Source: the human T2T-CHM13v2.0 reference genome, Homo sapiens. Taken from it: 64,000 nt of DNA. Location: assembly GCF_009914755.1 (NCBI RefSeq), contig NC_060931.1; one strand, 5' to 3'. Below are positions 13,601-26,149 of the stretch, piece after piece. Position numbers and translations under genes: made by a program. Each line of letters starts with the position of its first letter. Within the stretch, counting starts at the first letter, position 1. The notes under the pieces are model-generated. The model did no database searches and had not been told where the DNA came from. It saw only the letters and a program-made list of their open reading frames with translations.

Positions 13601-16600
13601 AATCATTCTACTATAAAGACACGTGCACACGTATGTTTATTGCAGCACTATTTACAATAGCAAAGACATGGAACCAACCCAAATGCCCATCAATAATAGA
13701 CTGGATAAAGAAAATGTGGAACATATGCACCATGGAATACTATGCAACCATAAAAAGGGATGAGATCATGTCCTTTGCAGGGACATGGATGAAGCTGGAA
13801 GCCATCATTCTCAGCAAACTAACATAGGAACAGAAAACTAAACACTGCATATTCTCACTCATAAGTTGGAGTTGAACAATGAGAACACATGGACACAGGA
13901 AGGGGAACAACACACACTAGAGCCAATTGGGGGTGGAGGGGCAAGAAGAGGGAGTGTATTAGGACAAATAGCTAATGCATGCAAGGCTTAAAACCTAGAA
14001 TGATGGATTGATAGGTGCAGCAAACCACCATGGCATACGTACACCTGTGTAACAAACCTACACATTCTGTACTTATCTCCCAGAACTTAAAGTAAAAAAT
14101 AAATAAATAAAATAGCTATTTTGAGAAAACTCAAAGAAAGTCAAGATAACACAGAGAAGGAATTCAGATTTCTATCGGATAAAGTTAACAAAGAGATTGA
14201 AATAATTTAAAACAGTCAAGCAGAAATTCTGGAGTTGAAAAATGCAATTGACTTACTGAAAATGCATCGAGGTCTTTTAATGGCAGAATTGATCAAGCAG
14301 AAGAAAGAATTAGTGAGTTATTTGAAAATACACAGTGAATACACAAAACTACACACACAAAAAGAATTTAAAAAATGAAACACAACTATAAGATCTAGAA
14401 AATAGCATCAAAAGGGCAAATCTAATAGTTATTGGCCTTAAAAAGTAGGTAGAGAGAGTGATGGGGTAGAAAGTTTATTCAAAGGAATCGTAAGAGGGAT
14501 TTCATCAACACTGGATCTGTCCCACAAGAAATGCTGACGGGAGTACTACAATCAGAAAGAAAGGGATGTTAATGAGCAGTAAGATCATCTGAAGCTACAA
14601 AACTCATGGTAATAATAAGCACATAGAACACAGACTATTTTAACAATGTAACTGTGGTGTGTAAACTACTCTTATCTTAAGTAGAAAGACTAAAAGGTGA
14701 ACCAATCTTTTTTCAAGACATAGGCAGCACAATAACGTATAAATAGAAACAATAAAAAATTTAAAAGCAGAGAATGAGTTTAAGGTGTAAAGGTTTTTTC
14801 AGTTTTCTTTTTGCTTGTTTGTTTGTGCAAACAGTGTTAAGTTGTTATCAGCTTAAAATAATCAGTTATAAGATAGTATTTACAAGCCCCAGAGTAACCT
14901 CAAATCAACAAACCTACAACAGTTACACAAAAGATATAAAGCAAGAAATTAAAACATACCTTCAGAGAAACTACCTTCACTAAAAGGAAGACAGGAAAGA
15001 AAATAGAGAAGATCACAAAACAACCAGAAAACAAATAATAAAATGGCAGGAGTAAGTCTTTACTTATCAATAATAACATTGAATATAAATGGCCTAGACT
15101 CTCCAATCAAAAGTCATAGAGTCACTGAATGGATTAAAACAAAACAAAACAACACAAAACAAGACCGAATGATCTGTTGCCCACAAGAAACACACTTAAT
15201 CCATAAAGATACACATAGACTGAAAATTAAGGGATAGAAAAAGATATTCCATGCCAATGGAAACAAAAAAAAAAAAAGAGGAGGAGTAGCTATACATGTA
15301 TCAGACAAAATAGATTTCAAGACGAAAACTGTAAGAAGAAACAAGGTTACTATATAATGATAAAGGGGTTGATTCAGCAAGAGGATATAACAATTTTAAA
15401 TATATATGCACCCAACACTGGAGCATCCAGATATATAAAGCACATATCTTTAGAACTGAAGAGAGAGATAGATCCTAATACAATAATACTTGAAGACTTC
15501 AACTTCCCACTTTCAGCATTGAACAGAACTTCCAGACAGAAAATTAACAAAGAAACATTGGACTTAATCTGCACTATAGACCAAATGGACCTGATAGATA
15601 GTTACAGAACATTTCATCCAACAAGTGCAGAATACACATTCTTCTTCTCAGCACATGGATCATTCAAGGATAGACCATATGTTAGATCACAAAATAAGTC
15701 TTAAAACATTCAAAAACATTGAAATAATATTAAGCATCTTCTCTGACCATGATGGAATAAAACTAGAAATCAATAACAACAGGAATTTTGGAAACTGTGC
15801 AAACACATAGAAATTAAACAATATGCTCTTGAAAGACTAATGGATCAATGAAGAAATTAAGAAGAAAATTGAAAAATTTATTAAACAAATGAAAATGGAA
15901 ACACAACACACCAAAACCTATGGAATACAGCAAAAGTAGTACTAAGAGGGAAGTTTGAAGCTGTAAGTACCCATATCAAAAAAAGGAAAAACTTCAAATA
16001 AGTAACCTAATGGTGCATCTTAAAGAACTAGAGAAACAAGAGCACACCAAACCAAAAATTAGTAGAAGAAAAGAGATAATAAAGATGAGAGCAAAAATAA
16101 ATGAAACAGAGATGAAGAAAACAATGAAAAAAGATCAATGAAAGACAAAAATTAGTTTTTTGAAAAAATAAACAAAATTGACAAACATTTAGCCAGACTA
16201 AGAAAAAAGAAGATCCAAGCAAACAAAATCAGAGATGAAAAGGGCAATATTACAACTATACCATAGAAATTCAAAGGATCATTGCTGGCTACTAGGAGCA
16301 ACTACATGACAATAAATTGGAAAATCTAAAAAAAAAAAAAAAAATAGATAAGTTCCTAGACAGAACCTACCAAGACTGAACCGTAAAGAAATCCAAAACC
16401 TGAACAGACCAATAATAAGTAACAAGATCAAAGCCATAATAAAAAGTCTCTCAGCAAAGAAAATCTTGGGACCCAATGGCTTCACTGCTCAATTCTGCCA
16501 AGCATTTAAAGAATAACTAATACCAATTCTATTTAAACTATCCTGAAAAATAAGGAGGAGGGAATACTTCCATACTCATTCTACAAGGCCAGTATTATCC

Positions 16601-19204
16601 TGCTACCAAAACAAAAGACACATAAAAAAGAAAAAACTACAAGCCAATATCACTGATGAGTATTGATGAAAAAAATCCTCAACAAAATACTAGCAAACTT
16701 ATTTTAACAACACATTAAAAAGATCATTCATCATGATCAAGTGGTATTTTTCCCAGGGAAGAAAGATGGTTCAACATACACAAATCAATCAATGTGATAC
16801 ATCATATCAACAGAATGAAGAAAAGCTATATGATCATTTTGATTGATACAGAAAAAGCATTTGACAAATTCCAACATCCCTTCATGACAAAAACCATCAA
16901 AACACTGAGTATAGAAGAAACATACCTCAACACACACAAAAAAGCCATATGTGACAGATGCATGGCTAGTATCATAGTGAATAGTGAAAAACTGAAAATC
17001 TTTCCTCTAAGATGTGGAACAAGACAAGGATGCCCACTTTCACCACTGTTATTCGACATAGGACTGTAAGTCCTAGCTAGAGCAATCAGACAAGGAAAAG
17101 AAAGGACATCCAAATTGGAAAGGAAGAAGTAAAATTATCCTTGTTTGCAGATGGTATGATTTTATATTTGGGAACACCTAAAGAGTCCATCAAAAAACTA
17201 TTCAAACTGATAAATAAATTCAGTAAAGTTGCAGCATACAAAATCAACATACAAAAATCAGTAACACTTCTATATGCCAACTGCAAACAATCTGAAAAAG
17301 AAATCAAGAAAGCAATCCCATTTACGATAGCTACAAATAAAATCAAACACCTGAAAAGTAACTTAAGAAGGGTAAGATCTCTAAAATAAGTGTTATAAAT
17401 CATCAATGCAAGAAATTGAAAAGGACACCAAAAAATGAAAAGATACCCCATGTTTATGGATTGGAAGAATCAATGTTATTAAAATGTCCATACTGTCTAA
17501 AGTGATCTACAGATTTAATGCAGTCTCTATCAAAACACCAGTGAAATTCTTTGCAGAAAAAAAAAATCCTAAAATTCATATGGAAACACAAGACCTAGAA
17601 TAGCCAAAGCTATCCTGAGCAAAAAGAACAAAACTGGAGGAATCACATTACCTGACTTCAAATTATGCTACAGAGCTAAAGTAACCAAAGCAACATGGTA
17701 CTGTCATAAAAGCTGGCCCCATACAGCACTGGAACAGAATAAAGAACCCCAAAATAAATCCATACATCTACAGGAAACTCATTTTCAGCAAAGATGCCAA
17801 GAATATACACTGGAGAAAGGACAGTCTTTTCAATAAATGGTCTGGGAAAACTGGATATCCATATGCAGAAGAATGAATAAAGGCCTCTATCTCTCACCTT
17901 ATGCAAAAATCAAATCAAAGTGGACTAAAGACTTAAATCTAAGAAATGAAACTAAGAAACTGCCAAAAGAAAGCATTGGGGAAACTGTCCAGGACACTGG
18001 ACTGGGCAAAGATTTTTTTTAGTAATATTCCATAAGCACAGTCAACCAAAGCAAAAATGTATAAATGGGATCACATCACATTAAAAAGCTTCTCCAGAGC
18101 ATAGGAAACAATCTAAAAAGTGATGAGACACCCACAGAATGGTAGAAAATATCTGCAAACTATCCATCTGACAAGGGATTAATAACCAGAATATATAAGA
18201 AGTTCAAACAAACCTATAGAAAAAAAAACTCATAATCCGATTTAAAAATGGGCAAAAGATCTGAATAGACATTTCTCAAAAGAAGGCACACAAATGGCAA
18301 AGAGACATATGAGCATCATTGATCATCAGAGAAAAGCAAATAAAAACTACAATGTGATATCATCTTACCCCAGTTAAAATGACTTTTATCCAGATGACAG
18401 GTAATAATGAATGCTGGTGAGGATGTGGAGAAAAGGGAACTCTTGTATGCTGTTGGTGGGAATTAGTACACCCACTATGGAAAACAGTATGGAGGTGTCT
18501 CTGAAAACTAAAATTAGAACTAATATATGATCCAGCAATCCCACTCCTAGGAATATACCCAAAAGAAAGGAAATCAGTATATCAAAGAGATATTTGCACT
18601 TTCAAGTTTACTGCAGCACAATTCACAATAGCGAAGATTTGGCAGCAACCTAAGTGTCCATCAGCAGATGAATGGATAAAGAAATTGTGGTACATATACA
18701 AAATGGAGTACTATTCAATCATAAAAAATGAGATTCTGTCATTTGTAAACAACATGGATGGAACTAGAGGTTGTTATATTGAATGAAATAAGCCAGGCAC
18801 AGAAAGACAAACTTCGCATGTTCTCACATATTTGAGGAAGCTAAAAAATGTAACAATTGAACTCATGGAGGTAGGAAGCAGAAGGATGACTACCAGAGGC
18901 TATGAAGGGTAGTGGAAGACAGTGTTACGGGAAACTGGGGAAGTTAATGGATATATAAAGAGAGTTAGAAAGAATAAATAAAACCTAGTATTTGATAGCA
19001 CAATAGGGTGATTATAGTCAAAATAATTTAATTGTACATTTTAAAATAACAAAAGAGTATAATTTTATTGTAACACAAAAGATAAATGCTTGAGGGAATG
19101 GATTCCCCATTCACCCTGATGGGATTATTACATATTGCATGTCTGTATCAAAAAATAATAAATTTATACCCCCACTGTGTACACACAAAATTAAAAAATA
19201 AAAA
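10614..19204 (+). mobile_element. Near full-length degenerate L1 (L1MA1-3-like 3' end) with 5'UTR, internally deleted ORF1 and decayed ORF2
   Basis: 5' gggcaagatggctgaatagaagg; ORF2 EN/RT remnants in the ORF track (15043-15704 ITLNINGLDSPIK...YAPNTGA; 16794-17389 [21 protein letters not shown]); L1MA-type 3' end and poly(A); degenerate TSD aagactaccacaggta (10598-10613) / aagaacaccacagata (19205-19220). Confidence 0.92.
12764..14108 (+). mobile_element. 5'-truncated L1PA (older primate subfamily) nested in ORF1 of the L1MA
   Basis: ORF2 C-terminal remnant (MFIAALFTIAKTWNQPKCP), L1PA 3'UTR and poly(A); 16-bp TSD aaaatagctgttttga (12748-12763) / aaaatagctattttga (14109-14124). Confidence 0.93.
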
Positions 19205-22062
19205 AAGAACACCACAGATAAATCAAAATGGATTTTTTTACACTGCTTCAGCAGTGAAAGAAGTGTACTGCCTCATTTCCACAGATCGGGGTAGAAGTTC
19301 AGGTTTCTCGCATGATCTCCAATGACACTTGGGGTTGAGGGAGGTGGTCCTTGTTATTGCTGGGCAGAAGTGACAGTTCTGATTCCCCACTGGCCCTCTA
19401 CTGATGTCTTTCTGGCTGGAAGGAGTAGAAGTGCACTGTTAGTCCCCCCACGTGGCCTCTATGGTGTTGGGGAGATGATCCTGTTACCATTAGGTAGTGT
19501 GGTAAGTCCTAAGTCTCCACTAGGCTTCCTCTTCCATTACCCCAGAGGGAAGTGGGTGGGGTGCCTCATTACTACAAGGTGGGAATGAAACATCTGTTCT
19601 CTACTTGGCCTTGTCTGACACTACCCTGGGGTGGGGGTAGACAGAGAGTGAGGTTGACATGCCTGGCAAGGGAGGAAGTCAAGTCTCCCTACTTTGCTTT
19701 TGCTGGAGTGAGTCTGGGTGGTGTCACAGTTTTTTCTACAATGTTTGGCTAGAGTAGAGTGACTGCTGTTTCAACGTGTTCTCTCTTGCTAGGCTGTCCC
19801 TTTCTGAGTCCTTTTACTAGGAAGGGCAGGACATTTTTGTCTGTGTACATTGGCATTTTTGGATTTTTGCCTTCTTTTGCTCCAAGTCTGAGATATAGGA
19901 GGCAAACAAACAAACCAGAAACTCACCACCATGTGTCATTCCTCAGATCCCAGGATCCTTAGCTAGTCTGTCTTATTCTCTCCACATTTCCATTGTCTTA
20001 TGTTTGTTTTATTTATAATGTTCAGTGTTTTTAATTGTACTTAGTAGGACAAATAGGAAAAAGTATGTCTACTCCATTTTCCCAGAAGTTGCTGCCTAAT
20101 TTTTTAAATCCACATTTCTCTAATAGGGTACAGAGGCAAAGGATGAATATTCTAAAATCAAATTAGCCAATCTTTGCGTTTGTTCATCAATAGAAGAAGG
20201 GCTGCAAAGTATTAGATAACAAGATTTATCTAAGTCATCTGCTCATTTTCCTCCTTCTCACTCTCTTACCCTCTCAGTAACATCCTGTCTATTTCATCTA
20301 CTTACACAAATCTGTGTATTTTTCTAGATAAGACATGAAGGTGGGTGGACATTGTCTCAGTCCGGCCTCATGCTTACTCCACAGTAAAACATGAAATCAG
20401 ATGCCAATAATTATAGACCTCGCCATAGCAGGACAATAGGCAATGTTAAAAAATGAGAGGATGTGCTCTTCATTTGTGTAGCCATAATTTATATACTAAC
20501 TACACTAATTGCATTAATTATATGATGTTACATTATATTATACTACATTCGTTATACCTATTTTGCATCTTTACTCTTCTATTTGACAATGAGCTCCTTC
20601 AGGGAAGAGGATGAACCAAATCGGTTATCTGGAACATTGCAAGCCCCTGATAAATGCTCTTCTTTCTCTTCTTGCCCACTCCCTTTTCCACCACCAGCTA
20701 GTTCAGGAATTAAGGCAGAAAGACCAGGGGAGAAACATCCACAACTAATCTAGGCTTGAAGGCTTGAAGAAGACCTCTGAATGAATAACCAGGTAGGTCT
20801 CCATCAGTCCCTCAAGCTGGATCTTGCAGGAGGTGCTGGCCACCTTTCACCTGACCCCATACATCTTTGGAGATCCTGATTTATGCAGACACCAATGATT
20901 GGAAGGAAGGGTTGCGGTACCCTGTCTTCCACTTCCCTCTTTTAGAGTTCTGGCCAATTTTGTCAATATTTATTCATTTGTACAATAAATACTTATGGAG
21001 GAAGAGCAGGATGGAGTGAAAAGCATACCCACAGGCAAGGTTTTCCAAACTGTGACGTGAGGAATGCCAACAGGTGCTTAGTGATAACGAGTGTTCCATG
21101 ATGAAGTAAGTTTGAGAAATGCTGCTTACCACACTCAGAAGATCACAATGCACATCACAGATCCTGAGAAGCTCTATAGTTAAAAAAAAGTCTTTTAACT
21201 TTGTTTCCAGTGTTTCCCCCTTTCCTGACACTGCAAAATACTCGCTGAAAGCACAATATTAATAATTTCTTTAAACTTATTCATAAAGCTACTCCTAAGA
21301 AAAATAATCCTAACAATTCCAAGAGCAGGGAAACAATGCCAAAGACAGATGCAGGTGAAGAATGGAGACATGGAATAAAGAAGGTGTGATGTTAATTTGA
21401 CTGAGTCAAAAAGTAGATAAGGATATGGTGGAATATAAAAGAGATTTGATACAGTAGAGGCTAAGAACTAGGAGGAATTTAGACTTTCAGAGTTTATTGA
21501 GAGGATTTTGAGAAAGCAATGATTATACTGGTCAAGAATGGTGGATTCTTTTGCCATAATTTGAATTGTCATGTATCAGTCAAGGTCTCAGCATGAAACA
21601 AATGGCATATTCAAATTAGGATATTCAAGGAGGATGTAATGAAGGAACTATTTAGAAAGGTAGGAGTAGAACATAGGGCATAGTGGATATACCATAATAG
21701 ATAGCAAAATATCTTGGGGCCACAAACACTGGGGAGGTGTATGGCCTTCCCTAGGCCAGCATGGATGAGGGAAAGGAGCAGTTCCCAGAAGCCATATTGA
21801 GCATCATGTAGATAGAACTGCTTCAAGAAGAGCAGTGATCCACCCCAACTGTCTCCAGGCACCCCCTTCAGCTGAACCCACAGAAGTCAACTTCCTAAAG
21901 TAAACAGCAGTGTGGAGGGGAGGGTGGAGAATAGATATGGAATGGCAAAAGGAAGATATCTGGCACATGTCTGAAGCTGAAGAATCTGGAAACTGCCAGC
22001 AGGTATTTTAACTCTACCATTTCCTGACTAGCTATGTCTGTTCATGATTCATGCAACACTTT

Positions 22063-22535
22063 TATTTGTTTTGTCCTTCCTTCTTCCTCTACTTTTACTT
22101 TAGGATCCAGGGGTACATGTGCAGATTTCCTACATGGGTAAATTGTGTGTTGCTGAGGCTTGGTGTACAAATGATCCTGTCATCTAGCTAGTGAGCATAG
22201 TACACAATAGGTAGTCTTCCAAAGCACACATGCCCCCACCTTTCCCTCTCAAGTAGGCCCCAGTGTCTATTGTTCCCATCTTTGTGTTCATGTATATTCA
22301 ATGCTTAGCTACAAATTATAAGTGAGAATATGCAGTATTTGGTTTTCTGTTCCTGCGTTAGTTTGCTTAGGATAAGGGCTTCCACCTGCATCCATGTTGC
22401 TGCAAAGGACATGACTTCATTTTTTATGGCTGCATAGTATTCCATAGTATATATTTACCAAATTTTTGTTATCCAATCCAACATTGATGGGCATCTCCAT
22501 TGATTCCATTTCTTTGCTATAGTGACTAGTGCTTT
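22063..22535 (-). mobile_element. L1PA (L1PA13-16-like) 3' fragment
   Basis: ggggtacatgtgcagatttcctacatgggtaaattg...; 12-bp TSD atgcaacacttt at 22051-22062 and 22536-22547. Confidence 0.88.
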
Positions 22536-24209
22536 ATGCAACACTTTGAAAGACAGCACCCATTGTGTCAAGACATTGTGTTGAGACAGTGAAGACACAA
22601 AGATAGTAAGATAGAGACTAGCCCTTAGGTATGTAAAATAGCTATAAACAGAGTGAAAATAGGAAATAATTAAAATATAGAGTGAAACATAAAGAAATAC
22701 AGAAAGCATAAGGGAGTTCAGTGCAGAGAATTTTCATAGCTAACTTATGACTTTAGCCTTGATGGGCAATGCAATAAAATTGTTGGCTAAGGTAGCCTTT
22801 CTAGCATAAATGCAAATATCAAGAATTTTAAAAGAAGTATTTAAATCTAATTTCAGCTATCAATGAATGAATTTAATTTCATTACTATAACAAAAAATAA
22901 TCCATAATCAAAATTTTAGCTACTCAAAAAAGTTGCTTTCTGAAGTAAAGTATATGATAAACACAAATTCATAAATGCTAATTTTTTTGTGAAACACCAG
23001 CATTTTGTGTTTAGTCTCTGACACTTTTAAACAGTCCTAAAAATATTTGTTCTCGTAAAGGAAATCCTTAGTATTGTTTTAAATAAACTTTAACCTATTT
23101 CCTTTTTGGCATATTTCTCTCCAGGCTTTGTCTATATGCATATGTTCTTGACCTGGACTCTCTGAATCCAAAGAACTTTATACCATTCTTTAATTAAAAG
23201 AGGTAGAATATTGTGGTCATGGGGTTTTTCAAATAATTCGGGAAATCTCAGCCATATTTTGGCTAGACCTGGCACTATCCCAAAATAACATGGAAAATCA
23301 TTGATAAGTCCTGCATGAGTCATCTGTTTAAACTGAAGAATTGGGATAACGGTGTCATTGCCCATGCTGATCGAGACGTTTTGCACAAGAGAGAGTTGAC
23401 AAGGGACAATGAACTCTTTCGGAAATTAAAAAATAATTTGTACTAAAATCTTGATGAAAATAGAAAGCCTCAACTGCAAACTGGCTTGAATATATAACTA
23501 AAATATTATATTTATGACTTAGATAATATTGTTTAGTTTTGTCTTTCTATTCTTGATTTAAAATAATATATATATAATATATATATATTTACACACACAA
23601 ACATACATATATATTCCTTCCCTCACCTTGCCTTTCCCCCCATCCCCAAATAGAATAATGTGATTCCCTGCCTATGATATTAGAATGCTGTGTGCACCAA
23701 CCCCCATGCTTGTGGTTGAAATTCTACAGATACAAAAGCTCTCTTGCAGTCTACCCACACATTCAGGAGTCACAAGGCAGGTGTCTGAAGTTGGTCCTTT
23801 TTTCCCTTTACTTATGGAATTTGTAAAGTGTTATATTTTCATCTTTATAATGGAAAAAGTAAAATGTGATTTATTTTACAAAATTTCACCGCACAGGTAC
23901 ATTTGAAAGAATAAGGCCACTCTAAAGTGAGGCATATCTCAACACTCATATTATTTCAAAAGAATCACAACAAAAATAAAAATAATAAAAGCTATTCTGG
24001 CACACAATATCCTTCAGGCTCAGGTCCTGCCTGGCCCTGCCCCATTCCTTGGGGCCTCTACCCACCCTTCCTCACACCCAACATCTAAAACTCTGACCGC
24101 ACTGAATCACTTCTGGTTCCAGCCTTCTAAACTGTTCTATACTGCTCTCCACATCCACACTCCTCCTCTATTGTCCATCTGACATGCATCTATTCCATTA
24201 TCCAGGAAG

Positions 24210-24775
24210 CTTTTTATTTAATAGACTTTCTTTTTTCGAGCATTTTTTAGATTCACAGCAAAATTGAGTGGAAGGTAGAGAGACTTCCCATGTACCTCCT
24301 ATTTCTACACATTGATTGCCTTCCCACCAGAGTGGCACATTTATTGCAATGATTCCTCTACACTGACACATCATCACCCAAAGTCCAAATAGTTTATTTT
24401 AGGGTTCACTCTTGGTATTGTACATTCAGTGGGTTTGGGCAAATGCATAATGATATGTGTCTACCACTGTAGTATCTTATAGAGTAGTTTTACTGCCCTA
24501 AAAAATTATCTGTGCTTCATCCCTCACTCCCCCAATCTCTAGCAACCACTGATCTTTTTACTATCTCCATAGTCTTGCCTTTTCCAGAATGTGATGTAGT
24601 TGGAATTATACAGTTTGAACCTTTTCAGATTGGGTTCTTTCACTTAGTAATATGCATTTAATTTTCCTCTGTGGCTTTTCATGGCTCATTTCTCTTTAGC
24701 ATTGCGTGATATTTCATTGTCTTGATGTAACACAGTTTTTCATCTATTTACCTTCCAAAGGACATCTTCGTTGCC
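24210..24775 (-). mobile_element. Old L1M (L1MB/MC-like) 3' fragment
   Basis: ttagattcacagcaaaattgagtggaag, ctctagcaaccactgatctttttactatctcc, gacatcttcgttgc. Confidence 0.75.
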
Positions 24776-26149
24776 CTGGAATATTTTTTAGCCCTTAAAC
24801 CACTCTCCAGAGAGGTAACTGCTCTTTTCTTGGTCCCCACTACCACACCCCACCATCTTGCATCATGGCATCAATGCACATTACTAAACTTATGTCCTGT
24901 CTCCTAAGCTGTAAGCTCCTTGTCTAATCATTGTGCTCCCAATATCTAGGCCAGTAGGCACTTAAAATAATTGCTACATGGATAAATACAAAAATTCCTT
25001 TTCATGCAAGAGAAGTGGTAGCTTTGAAGAGCAAGAAAAATATGAAATGAAGGCAATCAGCTTTTTTTTTTGCTTATATCTTAAGTATTGGGTATTGTCT
25101 TAAATACTTCATTACAGTATTTAGTGCTCAACTAATTCAATGAGGTAGACATTGAAATTCCATTTTTTCCAATGCAGAAATAGGGGCTTAAAAAAAGTAA
25201 GTAACTTGCCCAAGAAGCCACACATTTTAGCAAACTGGCAGCCAGAACAGAAGCCCAGGTTTCTCTGACTGGAGAGCCTAGGAGCTTGGCTATACACCAA
25301 GCATAATCATACTCTTACACAGCGTCTTGTGTAGAGAAGGAAATCATTTAAATTTAGCCACCCAGTTGAGAAAGCGAAAACTGGGTTTCAACTCAAAGGT
25401 CACTTTTCCTTTTGACCCAAACTGACTCTTTTGAAAGAGCCCAGGTAAAAATATTTCATCATATATCTTTGCCCTTGCACATATCTGTAAGCATTCCTGC
25501 TTTTCTCTTTGCTATTCTGATTTCTCCAAACTGCAAGGGCAGAGGTCTTTCATCTCAGTGTCGGAAGTTCCAGCTGGGACAAAGGACTACAGTTGCAGGA
25601 AGTGCTCCCTGAAAATCTTGTGTTTAATCTTTGTTTTTTCCCAAGAGCAACAAATCTCTTATTTTTTTTCATTTAACAAATATTTTTATTGAAGACTTTT
25701 GATATGCCAAGTATTGATAGAGGTATTGATGTATACAATGATAAACCAGGTGCCCACCATGATATTGCAGCTAAGAGGGATTTTTTTGAAGATCAAGAGA
25801 GTTAAGGTCACTGAAAGTCCTTGATAGGCTCTGGAACTAGGAGGGTTATTACTTGTTCTGGTTATGAATTGGCTTAAAACAAATGGTTTTTATGATATCT
25901 TCTAGTTGTATAGATTGACTGGGCTCTGCTGAGGGTTCTCATCTCATGAGGTTGCGGTCAGATGCTTATTGGGTCCATCTTGGGGGCTGGCACTTGATGC
26001 TGGCAGTGGGCTAGGTCAGGTTACATAGTCACCCCATGTAACATGGGCTTTTCATAGAATAGTGACTGGATTCTGACAGTGCAGGATCATCACAGTTCAG
26101 GATCTGGTCCTTGGCTTAAAATACCCTGAAACCTATTTTGTCAAGCAGG

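Noticed and set aside
13030-18022. Many ORFs with EN/RT similarity
   Set aside because: Frameshifted fragments of dead L1 ORF2; no intact retroelement or novel reverse transcriptase system
23132-23386. 84-aa ORF and an acceptor-like tract near 23125
   Set aside because: No recognisable homology; all three frames after the acceptor reach stops quickly
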